Assembly (NCBI GenBank): GCA_951406725.2
Contig: OX597815.1
Location: 115,940,001-116,004,000 of the forward strand
Length of the DNA stretch: 64,000 bases
Reading direction: 5' to 3'
Source of the DNA: Octopus vulgaris
Taxonomy: Eukaryota
This document shows positions 1 to 13,376 of this stretch, in pieces. Position 1 is the first letter of the stretch, and each line of letters opens with the position of its first letter. A program made the translations under genes and the position numbers. A model generated the notes under the pieces. The model was not told the DNA's origin. It saw nothing but the letters and a program-made list of their open reading frames with translations, and made no database searches.

Positions 1-1937
1 CTGTTTGGTTAACTATAATATATCATATTTAGTTTATACCTTCTTTAACCATTTTGGATTTAAATCTGAATATTTGTTTTTATTTAAAAAAAAACATTGT
101 CCCCTTTTTACACAATATGTTTACTGTCTCAGTCTTTGATTTTGTTTATTAAGGCAGTAAAAAATTTAAGCAAGCTTCTAAATTGTCAGTCATTTGGCCT
201 AATCTATGTAGCAGTCAAGTTTCTCACAAGAAACTTCCTTATGAATGAATGGGCTTAGATGTTTTAAGCTATGGAATTTAGGACAATATACTCTCAATAA
301 AGATGGGTTACTCGTGACAAGAATGCTAGCGATGCAATAATATTTTTCTCAAAACTCACATGCCAGAACGTATTTGCATATCCAGGATACAGAATCTATA
401 GGCTGGCTCTCAATAATTTTATTGATTTTAAAGTATTACTGAAAATAAGTGGTTTTATTTAAAGGTTATATATTTTGTAGTAAAATGATAGAATCCAAGG
501 AAACTAGTGATGGTCTGCTTCAGCAAATAGTAATGTAAAAAATTCAATGAGTAAAATAAATTTTATGCTGTGAGAAAGAAAATTAACATTCTGGGGAAAA
601 GTTTTTCATCGGAGAGAGATGTTTTCCCTTTGTTTAGGGCATTTGGGCACTTCCAATTTTCATTCCTCTCTTATTTTAATGCTTTAAAGGAGAGTCAACT
701 CCAACTCTTCCACTAAACACTATCAAACGTCACTTAGGTATGTATAGAGTAAGAGAGAATATATTTAAAAATGTTTCATTTCCCATGTATCTCAATGATG
801 ATCTTGCATCACTTTTTGCAACAACATTTAAAAGCATGTACCTACAATGTATTTCTTGGATAAGTAAATTTATCTTCAATAGTCAGAAGCCAAGTTCACC
901 ACATATTCTTAATTTTACTTAGGAGCTGATATTATCTGTAGTCAACATGTAATAGGTTTGTTTGTGTTAACTACTTTCTTTTATCTTTTGCAAGACTTGC
1001 TCTTACATTCAGTTGCCCCTTATTCCTTTACAATCCTTATCTTTAAAGAAACATTTATCATTATGTAAGGCTTTAAAGTTTTTCTGTTTCTATATTAACA
1101 CCTCTGATGTAGAGATTTACAGATGAATACCATTTGAAAAGCATATCATACTAACAGTCAGTATTATTTTTATAATGCTAAAGTTCAGCTACTTTATCAC
1201 TTCTCATTAGTATTTAGATGTTTATGCAGATTAGTGCGAGCCAAATTGAATTTTGTTGAAGTTCTGAAGTTTTGAGCATCAACTGAGATTTTCGGGACCA
1301 ATGGGCTGTAGTGTGTTGTTTTAATTTCTTTGTTATTCTTACATTTGAGTATTTCTAGTTAATATATACAAGTTAACTTTTTGTTGGAAATCATTGACCA
1401 GTTCTTGTATAGCTGATCTATGATATAAAAGCCACCAATCCAGTCTTTTCATATTTATAAGAACAGTATGTACAAGTACTAAAAAGGGAAACGAGCAAAT
1501 AATGTACATACCTTTTTTAAACGGGTAGAAATAACATAGATTCTGTATTTAATGTATTTCAGATGAATTAAATAACATTTTTATACTAAAAATAGTCATC
1601 CGTTTTTATTTAGCAAGTTAAATGAATCCTAAAAATATTTTCTTGTAGATATATTAACTCTTGTCAAGAAGGAAAGAAAGCTTTATCGATCTAAAAAGTT
1701 TGATTTTCTGACTGTTGTCCAAAAGTACATAACATGTTAGTTCGAAAATATCTTTTTGTCTTTATTGGATTTAGAAGCAAAATATGTAGTCACTGGTTTC
1801 AGTTACAATGTTTACAACCTTTAAGCAATCATCATGTTTTCTTAAAGTACTGTCATGGCTAGTAAGCATAGATAAATTCTTATATTTAGCTTGTTTTCAT
1901 TAAATCAGGAATGTTGGTGTGATAAAGTTTTCAACAA

Positions 1938-2330
1938 GATGCAGGAGTGGCTGTATGTTAAGTAGCTTGCTTACCAACCACATGGTCCCAGGTTCAGTTC
2001 CACTGCATGGCACCTTGGGCAAGTGTCTTCTACTATAGCCTCGGGTCGATCAAAGCCGTGTGAGTGGATTTGGTAGACGAAAACTGGAAGAAGCCTGTCC
2101 TATATGTATATATGTTTGTGTATCTGTGTTTGTCTCCCCAACATCGCTTGACAACCAATGCTGGTGTGTTTACATCCCATAACTTAGCAGTTCGGCAAAA
2201 GAGACTGATAGAATAAGTACTAGGCTTACAAAGAATAAGCTCTGGGGTCGATTTGCTCGACTAAAGGCGGTGCTCCAGCATGGCTGCAGTCAAATAACTG
2301 AACCAAGTAAAAGAGAGAGTTAAAGAGTAA
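1938..2330 (+). mobile_element. tRNA-derived SINE, family A (full length)
   Basis: Head with A-box-like TGGCTGTATG and B-box-like GGTTCAGTTCC, central GGCACCTTGGGCAAGTGTC, internal (TA/TG)n, and tail GGTGCTCCAGCATGGCTGCAGTCAAATAACTGAACCAAGTAAAAGAG. Multiple copies occur in the window. Confidence 0.9.
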
Positions 2331-2629
2331 TGTCACATGTTAAATGTTTTTTCTCATGCAATAAATCTGGCACACTCTGTATTTTCTCATTTACATACTT
2401 GAATATTCTTTTCTGATTTTAAGATGGTAGTCATTTGAAACTTGAATATATCATCAAATTTGCCCATAACTATTTCCCTTCCAGTCCTTAGATCTATTGG
2501 CTGAATGTTATAAGGTGTCAAGGTGTAACTTCAGAATAGTTTTAGGATCTTTGTGGTTTGAATCACTGTCTCCAATTTTGTTCCAGTTTTCAAATTTGGT
2601 TTATGGATTAAGTTTTGCATACTAATTAT

Positions 2630-3170
2630 GAAAATGAAAATCATTTTCCCTATAAATTTATAATTAGAAAGTTATTAACCTTTAAAGTTTGCAAAATTTG
2701 GGTATTTTAGCCAATCAAAAGCATGTATTTTACACATTGCCATGAAGTTCTGTTAGCATGGTAAGCAATGAACCCTGTTTCCATAGTAACCAAGGAGTGT
2801 AACCACCACATATTCCATAACTGTTTGCAAAGAACTGTTTCCATAGTAACCAAAGATGCTTCACATAAGAAGTGTAACTACCACATGTTCCATAATTGTT
2901 TCTTTTCATAACAGTAGGAATTCGATTTGAGAACTTTATGCAGATTTTGACATGCTGGTGCCTCCTGCTACTGTGACAGATGACGGAAGATGAAGTCAAT
3001 GTGCTGTTTTCTGATTGGCTGAAAATTCTGAAAACTATTGAACTTTGAACACCTGTAACATTTTCGTAAAATTTTTCTGGATATAGATTAATAACAAATT
3101 CAGATTCAGCATCACAAATTGCATCTATATGCTACATTCAAATGTTTTTTTAAAGATTTCAACATGCAGT
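2630..3170. repeat. Degenerate non-autonomous DNA-transposon-like element
   Basis: Inverted TTTAGCCAATCA (~2707) / TGATTGGCTGAAA (~3012) and internal duplication of CTGTTTCCATAGTAACCAA (~2775, ~2835). Termini not resolved. Confidence 0.35.
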
Positions 3171-3335
3171 GACTCAAACCATAAAGATCATAGTTTCAAT
3201 TTCTTTACATAGCGATTAAATGTGTGAAATAAAATGAAATTGTTTCAAAAGCCTTATTAAACAGATGTTCTAGGGAAAGACTTATTTCAGTCTTATGTAG
3301 ATAATTAGATTTACTCTCAAATCCCTAGTTTTGTT

Positions 3336-3810
<475 letters not shown>

Positions 3811-3974
3811 TGTTGCTTATTGTCTTGATATTTTTACAGTTAATAGTTGAGTAAATTAGAAAACGGTGAGGAGTTTACAGTATCTGGTTGAAACTTTATT
3901 TTCCTCTTAAATGTGTATGAATTTGAGAACTTTTTTGACAAAGAGAAAAATATAATTTTAAAAATAGTTTTATA

Positions 3975-4385
3975 TGAAGATTAAGTAAAAGCGTGGATGT
4001 GTGATTTGTTTCAGACCCACAGTGTGACCCCGTGGGGAAGTGTCTTCTGTTATAGTCCTGGGCTGGCCAAAACCTTGTGTATGAATTTCATGGATGGAAA
4101 CCAAAAGCCTGTCATATATGTATATAATTATTTGTATGCATATGTGTACATGTTTGTGTGTACCCTTGTCTTGACATTATGTAGTGGTTGTAAATGAGCA
4201 TCACTGTCATATATGTAATGTTATTTGTTTCCAATCTTCCATGAAAAATGTTTGGTCAAGGGGAAATATTACTTTGTATGGAAAAAGTTGAGGATGGCAA
4301 CCGGGAGGGCATCCAGCTATAGGAAACTTGTCTCAAATTCCATCTGATCCCTGCAATCATGGGAAAGTGGACAGTAAAACAATGA
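3975..4385 (+). mobile_element. SINE with family A head and RTE-type 3' tail (family B), degenerate
   Basis: GGGAAGTGTCTTCTGTTATAG core followed by GGGAGGGCATCCAGCTATAGGAAAC...CATGGGAAAGTGGAC...AATGAT, which matches the RTE 3' end at 15420-15560. Confidence 0.75.
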
Positions 4386-4878
4386 TTTTGATTTGTCTTA
4401 TTTCCCTATATCAGTTAATAATTGTATTAATACAAAAGGCATAAACCTACATTTGCCTTTCGTATTTTTGTTTTCTTTCATATACCTGATTATTTCTTGT
4501 TCACTTGAAAGTTTGTGAAAGATCTAAATGAAAATCTTGCATTTCTGACATCATAATTTTGTTGACATATTCAGTCTTCTATGTACTATAAGTACACAGC
4601 AGAAGTACATTATTTTTGCATTCTATCAAAGTCAAGTTATCAACGTTTTGCATTTACAATCCAACATGTATTACTACACCTAAAGTTCACCAAACACTTA
4701 CTTAGGTAGTATTAGTTTTCAGTAAATCTTGGCATTTTAGAACAAACTTCTTATATTTGTTTCTGTGGAATTTGTTCAATTTGCCATATTCTAATTTAAA
4801 GTTCATTATTTCAGATAACATTTGTGGACATTAAAAGCAATGACCTTCCTTTTGTTCTTTCATTTTGCTCTTTGTTTT

Positions 4879-4880
<2 letters not shown>

Positions 4881-4927
<47 letters not shown>
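4881..4927. repeat. (CT)n microsatellite
   Basis: Direct dinucleotide run. Confidence 0.95.
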
Positions 4928-4929
<2 letters not shown>

Positions 4930-5099
4930 CACACATAGAGTTTAGATCTAGTTTTGGTCTGTGAAACTGTTCATACTTTAAATTGGGTGAAGTAAAGAGA
5001 GTACAGAACAGTGCTGTGTGTATGTGGGTGTTTAAAATTTCCACCTTTTAATACTGTGATCCTGTTTTTAAGTGACTCCTCTTAAGGTTCTTTTATTCT

Positions 5100-5575
5100 T
5101 CTATAGCTTTTGGCCAACCAAGGCCTTGTTAGTGACACTGATAGATGGAAACTGAAAAAAGCATGTGTATGTAATGTAATGTATGTATGTAGTGGCTCTC
5201 TACTCCTTGCAGAGCTTGATCTCTTTTTGTACCTATAATTGCTCTTTCTTGGTGTGAGATGTTAAATGACTTTTGTGCCTGAAAAGGTGCTTGAAGAGCT
5301 AATCACACATACTGTAGCAATGGCTCCATTCTCCATTGTTGATTATGAATATTCAAGTGTTGCTTCAATCCTCCATGTGATTTGATAACCACCACCACCT
5401 CTTGACAACCATTATTGGTTTATGTGCCCATAACTTAGTCTGTTGGTCTCTTTTACTGAACCACTGAGTACCAGTTAAGAAATAAATAAATACTGGGGTT
5501 GATTTGTTCAACTAAATCCTTCAAGCTGGTGCACCAGTATGGTCACAGTCCAATGAGAAGTAAAATACAAAAAGA
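5100..5575 (+). mobile_element. Degenerate family A SINE
   Basis: GGCCAACCAAGGCCTTG...GATGGAAACTGAAA and the tail CTTGACAACC...CATAACTTAG...GGGGTTGATTTGTTCAACTAAA...GGTGCACCAGTATGGTCACAGTC. Confidence 0.65.
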
Positions 5576-5863
5576 AATATGTTTATTTGAAATTCAAATT
5601 TTCCTGCAATGTCTCATAAGACAAATTACTGAATTATAGATGTCTTTCTAAAATTCAGTTCTTACTTAAGAAATGTGATGCTTTATTTCAAACAACTTGT
5701 GAGTAACTTTAAAATTTTTAGGGTCAAGAGTTACATCAGATATTGCATTGTGCTTCTGTAAGATATTTCACTATACAAGCCTTAGATTTCATGCTTCATT
5801 ACTATAATTAGGAGGGAGGTAGACTGGCAAAACTTGTAGCATCTGAAGAAATACTTTATGGTA

Positions 5864-6481
5864 CAGGGTGGGACAGAGAGGATGGACATTTTTGAAAAAA
5901 ATCACAAAATCATTAATTTTAGCTACAAACAAATTTTAACATCAATGTGTTTGCATTTGTCAAAATCAAGTGTAGAAAACAATCATGTGGTGTCTGTTTT
6001 CATTGATGCATTTCTGAAGGCGTTCTTGGAAGTTAACCTCCACTCTCTCCAGCATTGCTCTGTTGACTTGGGTGACTTCTGCGTGAATAGCTTCCTTCAA
6101 ATCGTCCAATGCATGGGGTTTGTGTGCATACACGTGCCTTGTTTGCTCACAAGAAATAATCACATATGGATAAATTAGGGGACCGAGGGGGCCAAGGAAT
6201 GTCAGCAAACCTGGCAATGAGGCAGTCACTGAAGAGAGGGTGCAGAACGTCCATTGATGCTCTGGCTGTGTGGGCCATCGCCCCATCCTGCTGAAACCAC
6301 ATATTAAAGAGGCAAATGTTTTCATTGTAATTCAGGTACAAGTACCATAGCTTCACCTGAAAAGAAAAGAAAAAAAAAACTAAGACACCACAGACCGAAT
6401 GGTACCTGTTGGACATGTGTCCCTCCCCCGGGACAGAGTAATAGCCATTTCAAAAACATTTGTCCTCTCTGCCCTACCCCG
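5864..6481 (-). mobile_element. Internally deleted Tc1/mariner-superfamily transposon, DD41D (rosa/Visitor-type)
   Basis: TA-flanked TIRs: CAGGGTGGGACAGAGAGGATGGACATTTTTGAAA at the left end and its degenerate reverse complement at the right end. Minus-strand WFQQDGAMAH...WPPRSPNLSICDYFL has 41 residues between the 2nd and 3rd Asp. A frameshifted C-terminus VYAHKPHALDDLKEAI...FQERLQKCI follows. Confidence 0.9.
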
Positions 6482-6499
6482 TATTTAATTATAGTTCAT

Positions 6500-6820
6500 T
6501 ACAACTACCAAGATTGTGAATTTAGTTTCCCTCATCCCAGAGCCAATAAGTACTAGTCAAGTATTGGGGTCAACTTAATCAATATAATTGCTTCCTCTCA
6601 AATTTGTGATTGATTGCTCTTATATTAGAAACGATCAATATTATCATTATTAGAAGTATTTAGTTAAGGTGCTCTGCATTCTGAGTCCAAATCCCACAAA
6701 TGTCAACTTTTCCTTTCATCCTTCCTTGGCTGATAAAATAAGTACCAGTCAAATATTAGGGTCAGATTGACCCTCTATCCCTTCATTATTATTCAGGCCT
6801 TGTGTCTGAAGTAGAAAGGA
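6500..6820 (+). mobile_element. Two fragments of SINE family C
   Basis: Repeated AATAAGTAC(T/C)AGTCAA.TATT.GGGTCA and CTGAGTCCAAATCCC, matching 9440-9660. Confidence 0.6.
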
Positions 6821-7048
6821 TTATTACCTCAGCCCTGGCAGAGGCATTGTTTTCAGTCGTGTTTGTTTGTTTGTCTGTGGACAAGATATTTCAAGAACTA
6901 CTGGATGGATTCAGATGAAATTTTCAGGGATGTTTGGCCTTGTGAGTGGCATGAATGATCCAGTACCAGACAAGGATTCTGGATTATTTTTCCTGTTTTT
7001 TTTTTTTTACTTAATGGCAGAGGTTTGCACTCTTTGAGTGCTCTTGTT
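6821..7048 (+). mobile_element. Non-autonomous Helentron-associated (HINE/DINE-1-like) element
   Basis: 5' TTATTACCTCAGCC with nearby GGCAGAGG, a (GTTT)n/GTCT microsatellite, 3' subterminal inverted GGCAGAGGT, terminal hairpin GCACTC-TTT-GAGTGC, and a TT-rich insertion site. Confidence 0.8.
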
Positions 7049-7066
7049 ATTGTTATTATTATACAA

Positions 7067-9320
7067 CAACCCTGAAGTGTTGTGGCACAATATTTGTGAC
7101 AGCATAAAATCTGCTGAAGTAGCTCTAGGATTTGTGAAATGCAAGCATCAAGATTGATTTGACAAGAATGATTCTCAAATCAAACCTCTCCAAGAAACTT
7201 TGTATGAGAGACACAAGGCATAGATCTCAGACAATAACTTACCAACACTCTGATCCCTACACATCTCCCCTAGAAAAACTACATAGAAAAACTGTGTGAG
7301 ATGAAAAATTTTTGGTGGGTAAAACAAGCCCAAGAATTGGAACAGGCTTCTAGCTCTCACAATGTGAGAGCACTCTACAGCAATCTGAAGTGTGTATTTG
7401 GTCCAGGAAAGGGTGGTACAGAACTTATTCACTCTAATGACAAACCTTTTAAGTAGCAAAGATGAAATTTTGAAAAGATGGCTGAACATATTAAATCTAT
7501 ATTAAATCAAGTATCCACTATCGATCTTGAAGTAATCAATGAAAGCTCCCAGTAGCCTGTAATTGAAGAAGTAGTGGAAGATCCTTCCTTGGAAGAGTTT
7601 AGTGCTGTTATCAAAAAAACTTTCCAATAGTAAAGCTCCTGGACAAGATAGTATTCCCATAGAGGTGTACAAGCTTAATGGCAGACAACTTGTAAGCTGC
7701 ACAAATTGATGTGTTTGATCTGAGATATGTTCCTTAACAGTTCAAAATGCATCTATAATGCACTTGTACAAAAAACAAAGGGAAGAAGAGTATATGTGAT
7801 AATTACAGGGGAATAAGCTTGTTGTGCACAGCTGGGAAAATTGTTGTGAGGGTGATCCTTATCCACATCAATAAACATGTAATAAGCAGCAAATATCCTG
7901 AATCTCAATGTGGATTTTGGGCTGGGAGAGGCACAGTTGACATGATAATTGCCCTCCAACAAGTTCAAGAGACAGCACATGAACAAAATACTCACTTCTA
8001 CGTGGTCTTTGTTGACTTGACCAAGGCCTTCGATACAGTGAATCATGAGGTGTTCTGGAAAATTTTGTCAAAAGCTGGACTTTCAAAAGCTGCATAAAGG
8101 AATGATGGCAACAGTGATATTTAGTAGTCAATGTTCAGAGGTAGTTCCTGTTGCCACAGGAACCAAACAGGGATGTGTTTAGCCCCTGTACATTTTCCCA
8201 TATTCTTTTCAATGGTGCTCCAACATGCTTCCATGGATTACCATGAAGATGTACAATTCCAGTTTCACACAAGAGATCTATTAAATCTGAAAGGCCAAAG
8301 TTTCAGATCAAAGAGAGAGACCAAGGAAGAGATCCTATGTGACTTTTTGTTTGCTGATGATTGTGCTTTGATTTCTCACAGATTTGAGGGAATTCAGGAA
8401 ACGGTCAACAGGTTTAATTCCAACCAAGACCTGGGGCAGGACATACTCAACACTCAAACATAATGATAGATAACAAGCCATTCAAATGGGTCAGGTCATT
8501 TAAATATCTTGTAAGTACAGTAAACTTTAAGAGTACAATTGATGACGAAATCAATGTTAGAATATCTAAGGCTACAAGTGCTTTTGGAAAACTTTCCCAT
8601 CATTTAGAGGATAAACATGATGTCAGTCTGAAAACTAAAGTGTATACAAATATTGTATTTTGAGCACACTTTTGTATGGGGAAGAAACATGGACTTCCTA
8701 CTCCAGACATATAAAGAAACTTGAAACCTTTCATATGTGCCGTTTGTGCAACATATGCAACATAAAATGGCAAGATAAGATATCTAATGTCAAAATCTTA
8801 GAAAAATGTAATATCTGCAGTATCCAAAGTATGCTGCTGAGGATTCAGTATAGATGGGTAGGACATGTTGTTCAAATGAAAACTGACCACATTCCAAAAA
8901 TTCTTCTGTATGACCAACAAGTGGAGGAATATTGTGACACAAAGAAAGACCTGTCCTTAGATATAAGGGTAAGTTGAAACACTCACTAAAATCTCTACAG
9001 TTTAATTTGACATCTTGGGAAAGTCATTGCTTAGATTGATCACAATGCATCCAAACAATTTTAGTTGAAGAAAAAGAACAATAGAACTGCAACCAACAGA
9101 CATGTTTGCCCAATTCCAGGCGAAATCAAAATAATTAATGTCCCCATGGTAATTTCATAGCAAAATCCATATCTGAACTCAAATTACATTCATGCATCCA
9201 TCGCAAATAGATGCAGCTTCTTAGGATTTTATTTTTCTGCCTTTCTATTACTCTCTTTAAGTCCTCTCCTTCAAACACTCATACGTCAAAATTGATGGAA
9301 GCAACCATCATCGTCATCAT
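7067..9320 (+). mobile_element. Old, 5'-truncated RTE-clade (BovB-like) LINE; RT pseudogene
   Basis: Fragments LYSNLKCVFGP, KAPGQDSIP, PESQCGFWAGRGTVDMI, VFVDLTKAFDTV, LFADD, FKYL, LLYGEETW and RWVGHV, plus a decayed C-terminal C2H2-like motif near 9135-9200. Many stops and frameshifts. Confidence 0.88.
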
Positions 9321-9344
9321 CATTATTATTATTATTCCATTGAG

Positions 9345-9790
9345 GTCATCTTTCTTTTATGGAGTTAAAATAAAGCACCAGCTGAGTCCTGGGGCAGATA
9401 CAATTGACTTGGCCTCTCTCCTCAGAAATACAGGCAGAATGTGGTGGTGGCAGAATTGTTAGCATGCCAGACAAAATGCTTAGTGGCATTTCATCTGTCT
9501 TTACATTTTGAGTTCAAATTCTGCCAAGGTTGACTTTGCCTTTTGTTCTTTTGGAGTTAATAAAATAAGTGCCTGTTAAGTACTGGGTTTGATGTAATTG
9601 ACTAATCCCCTTCCCTGAATTTGCTGATTTTGTGCCAAAATGGAACCATTATTATTATTGATATTATTATAAGGAGTGATAGAATGATGAACAAAATGCT
9701 TTCAGTATTTAGTTTCCTCTCCTTATATTTTGAGTTAAAATCCTTATGTTAATTTTGTCTTAAATCTTTTCTGTATTGAAAATATATGTA
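9345..9790 (+). mobile_element. SINE family C cluster (one near-complete copy at ~9440-9660 plus fragments)
   Basis: GGCAGAATTGTTAGCATGCCAGACAAAATGCTTAG...GAGTTCAAATTCTGCC (B-box-like)...AATAAAATAAGT; ends in (ATT)n. Confidence 0.7.
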
Positions 9791-10435
9791 TCAGTCATGC
9801 ACAAGTTTAATTTAGTAAATTATACTCCTTCCCTTGTACCTCTGAAAAATCAATTTTAATAATAGTATTATAATGTTGTTATCATCATTTCATTTTGTAT
9901 TTGTTTTGAGAGATTTATTTTTGTGACATTACTGTGTATTGAAACGGATTTCATTTTACTTTGGAGCATCATTCATCCGATAAAAATGCACGTACTGGAC
10001 ATGCTTCATTTCTTTAATATTCATTAGTTATTAATCACTTCATTTGAATTGTGGAAACTCTTTCATCACACACATCTGTAACCTCAATTGACTTCCTTCC
10101 ATGACTGATATTATTCTCGTGTTTGTATGTTGCTAAGCATGTGTGTGTTGCCATGTTACTACATGTGTAGTTGATCTTGCCATACGTGCTTATGATGGAT
10201 GGCAAGCATCCATGTGTGTCTGAACTATAACTTGTGTGTGCATGCTATGTTTTTATCATTCTTGTTGGCTAATTTCTTTTTGGTAATATTTTTCTTAGGT
10301 GTTTTGAGTTGTAGTTTCTATGGATATAGAGGTTTTTGTCACCAGTGATTTCCACTTCCTTGCTAGCTTTGCTAGCACTATACAACATTTCATTTTGTAT
10401 TTGTTTTGTGGAAATAAAACATTAATCAAGCCAGA

Positions 10436-10626
10436 TATTGTATTTTCCAGTATACAAGTTGACATAGAATATAGTGTAAGCATACAAACATTACTATATT
10501 TCTAATTCCTGCATTTCGCAAGGAATTTTTGGCTTTCCAAAGTCATCTTGGTATACAAGTCGACCTACTTTTTTGGCCATAAAGTTTGGTCTTAAATATT
10601 TGATTTGTATGGTGGAAAGTGTGGTA
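10436..10626. mobile_element. pogo/Tigger-type non-autonomous element (degenerate)
   Basis: Ends TATTGTATTTTCCAGTATACAAGTTGAC and GATTTGTATGGTGGAAAGTGTGGTA are degenerate inverted termini. Internal GTATACAAGTCGACCTAC is shared with 37474-37548. Confidence 0.6.
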
Positions 10627-11134
10627 TGTGTAATATATGCATTGAACTTTATTAATCTAGTGGTTCAACTATAAGTGAACTAAACTTTTAGGTTTATAAA
10701 AGAGAAATTGGAAAGGTATACTGAATTACAGATTATTAATTGACCGTCACCATTACTACCTCAGAAACATGAATGGTAATGTTGATTCTATCATGTGGAT
10801 AATATAAGACTTATAAAATCGTGTTCAATTGAAAAACAAAATTCTATGAGTAGGGATTAGAAATATTTCTGATAAAAACAACAAAACAAAAAAAAAAAGC
10901 TAATATATTATTAATGGATTATTTAACAGTAAAGTGAACTGTAACTAATGCATATGTTTTTCTTGGTAGAATGACCTTTCAAAATAAAATAGAATCTGTT
11001 TCAGTAACAGTTTTACATTAAAAATCTTGCAAAAACAAATACAAATTGAAATGTTGAAAGTCTAGATTTTTAGAAAGTGAAAACTCACTGGTGACAAGGA
11101 GCTTTATTTCCTTTTTGATGGTAGTCTCTTGATC

Positions 11135-11412
11135 TGAGAAAGACTGTTCTGCAAGTTCTTGCTGAACAACTTGCACAGACGATTTGTTTATAGTGATCAA
11201 ATGTTTGTGCTGTGCATAAGTTCACTCCCTCCATCAGATTGACATTGCTTGTACAAGTGCATGGTGTGCTGTACATAAGATGTCAAAGTGATCTCAGAGC
11301 AACACAAGATTAAGTATTTTGCTCAGAACACAATGCACTGTCTGGTTTGGGAGTTGAACTCATGAACTCGCAATCATGATTGCAGCACTCTAATCATTTG
11401 GCCATGCACCCT
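11135..11412 (-). mobile_element. tRNA-derived SINE, family D
   Basis: Reverse complement of 11922-12205 (shared GATCACTA.AAACAAATC.TCTGTGCA..TTGTTCAGCAA); tRNA-like head at the 11410 end. Confidence 0.8.
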
Positions 11413-11921
11413 CATTTCGTTAGAAACTGCAATTATCATATATGTTAAAAACAGCACACACACATTACTGTGTACCATCATAGACTTAATACCAACTACA
11501 TATATATGCATGTGCATACGAAACATAACACATGCACATGCTTTCAAATACACACACACACAGAGTAACATGACCTACACACGATTGGCAATATGAATAA
11601 TCCTTACCAGCTTGCAAGTGACAAACTACCACAAAAGAAGTCAATTGAGGTCAGAGATATGCGTGATAAAAATATTTTTGATAATCAGGTTAACTAATCA
11701 GTAATTAATGGATGAGTTAACAATAAGCAAATGAACTATAACCACTGGATGTGTTTTTATTGTTAGAATTACCTTCAAAGTACAACAAATATTTTACTAC
11801 TAGAGACTCATTATATAACTATATGAAGTCTGTGAACTTTGGATATATGCAATTAGTTTATTTATTTCCTTATACTGACAGCACTTCATGTGTACAGAGT
11901 GACATTTTTGTATGATCTTTT

Positions 11922-12205
11922 TGTGTGTGGCCTTGTGGTTAGGGTGTTGTATTCATGATCACAAGATTGTGGTTTCAGTACTGGGACTGGATGGTGTGCT
12001 TTTGTTTTTGAGCAAAACACTTCATTTCATGTTGCTCTGCAATCACTTTGCCATCTAGCATGTGGCACACCATTCCCTGTACAGACAATGGTAATTTGAT
12101 GGAAGGAGTGAGCACAAATATTTGATCACTACAAACAAATCATCTGTGCAGATTGTTCAGCAAAAAATTTCAGAACCCTCATCTGTTATCTACAACAGGA
12201 GAGTT
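11922..12205 (+). mobile_element. tRNA-derived SINE, family D
   Basis: Head GTGTGGCCTTGTGGTTAGGG...GGTTTCAGTAC, then TTGAGCAAAACACTTCATTTCATGTTGCTC. Confidence 0.8.
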
Positions 12206-13376
12206 CATGATATATAGTGTATTTTTATGGACTTTTTATACTATTCATTATTTTAATTTTTTTTTTTCCATTTTTAACTCTCACATTCTAGGTATCGTTA
12301 ATTTGGATATTTCAAGAATTCATTTACTTCTTTTAAAGATAAATAGTTGCCTGCTGGGGGTTAACATATGAATTTGAAGATCTTCCCTGAGAAGGTTATG
12401 TTTTAGTTTCCCTGATAAGGAAACTGGCTTGCTCCATAAAATGGTAATTTTTAGAGACATTTATGATGTCTGCTTATGTCATTTTACTGTCAGGATTCTG
12501 TGATTTCATTTTATGAAACCTGAAACTTGTCTGTACCTATACAGATATTTGTTCTGGCCAAGACTGAATTTTAAATGCTGAAACCTTTTAATTGAATAGA
12601 ACTATCACTGATATGACCTAGATTAATTCTGGATTATTTTAAGTATGTGACATTATGGCAATAGGTATCCAAGTAAATAATAAATATCCAGGTGAAACAT
12701 GAACAAAAACATGGAAAAATAGGAAAAAAAAAATGACAAGCCTAGGTTTTGAACAATGGTTATTTAAAATTGGACCAGGGAAAGAAAAAAAATTGAAAGA
12801 AAGGAAAAAATGATATTAATTCAGAGATATAACCCATTATTGATTGGTAGATAAAAAGTATAAGAGTAAAGAATTTTTTAAACAGAAAAGAATGAGCAAT
12901 GAATGTTAAAGGAAATAAACATCATAAACATGATAAGGGGGAAAGATGATTTATATAGTTAAGTGTTTGGAAAGGGTGAGATATAAAATTGTTATGTATG
13001 TATGTGTGTTTGTGTGGGTGGATAAAGTGGTAAGTGTGTGAGCAAAGTTGTGTTTATATGATGAGTAAAGTGTTAGTGTGTGCAAGGGGTCAAGGATCTG
13101 TATATGGGGAGGTTGGTGGTGAAAGTTTGTGTGCAAATGTGTGCATGTAGAATGTGTAAGGCATGTATGCAATATAGTATAGCGGATGGGTGATGAAGTG
13201 TGTGTGTGTGTATAGGTAGAGATGGGGGTTATTTGTATGCTCTGTATGGGTGTATGTGAAGAAAAATGGTGGATGAGTATGTGTGTATTTGAGTAAATGT
13301 TCTCTAAAAAAAAAATCAACTAACCAGTGACCATTTTTCTCTATGTGCAGTAATCCTTAATGTCAGAATTTAATAC

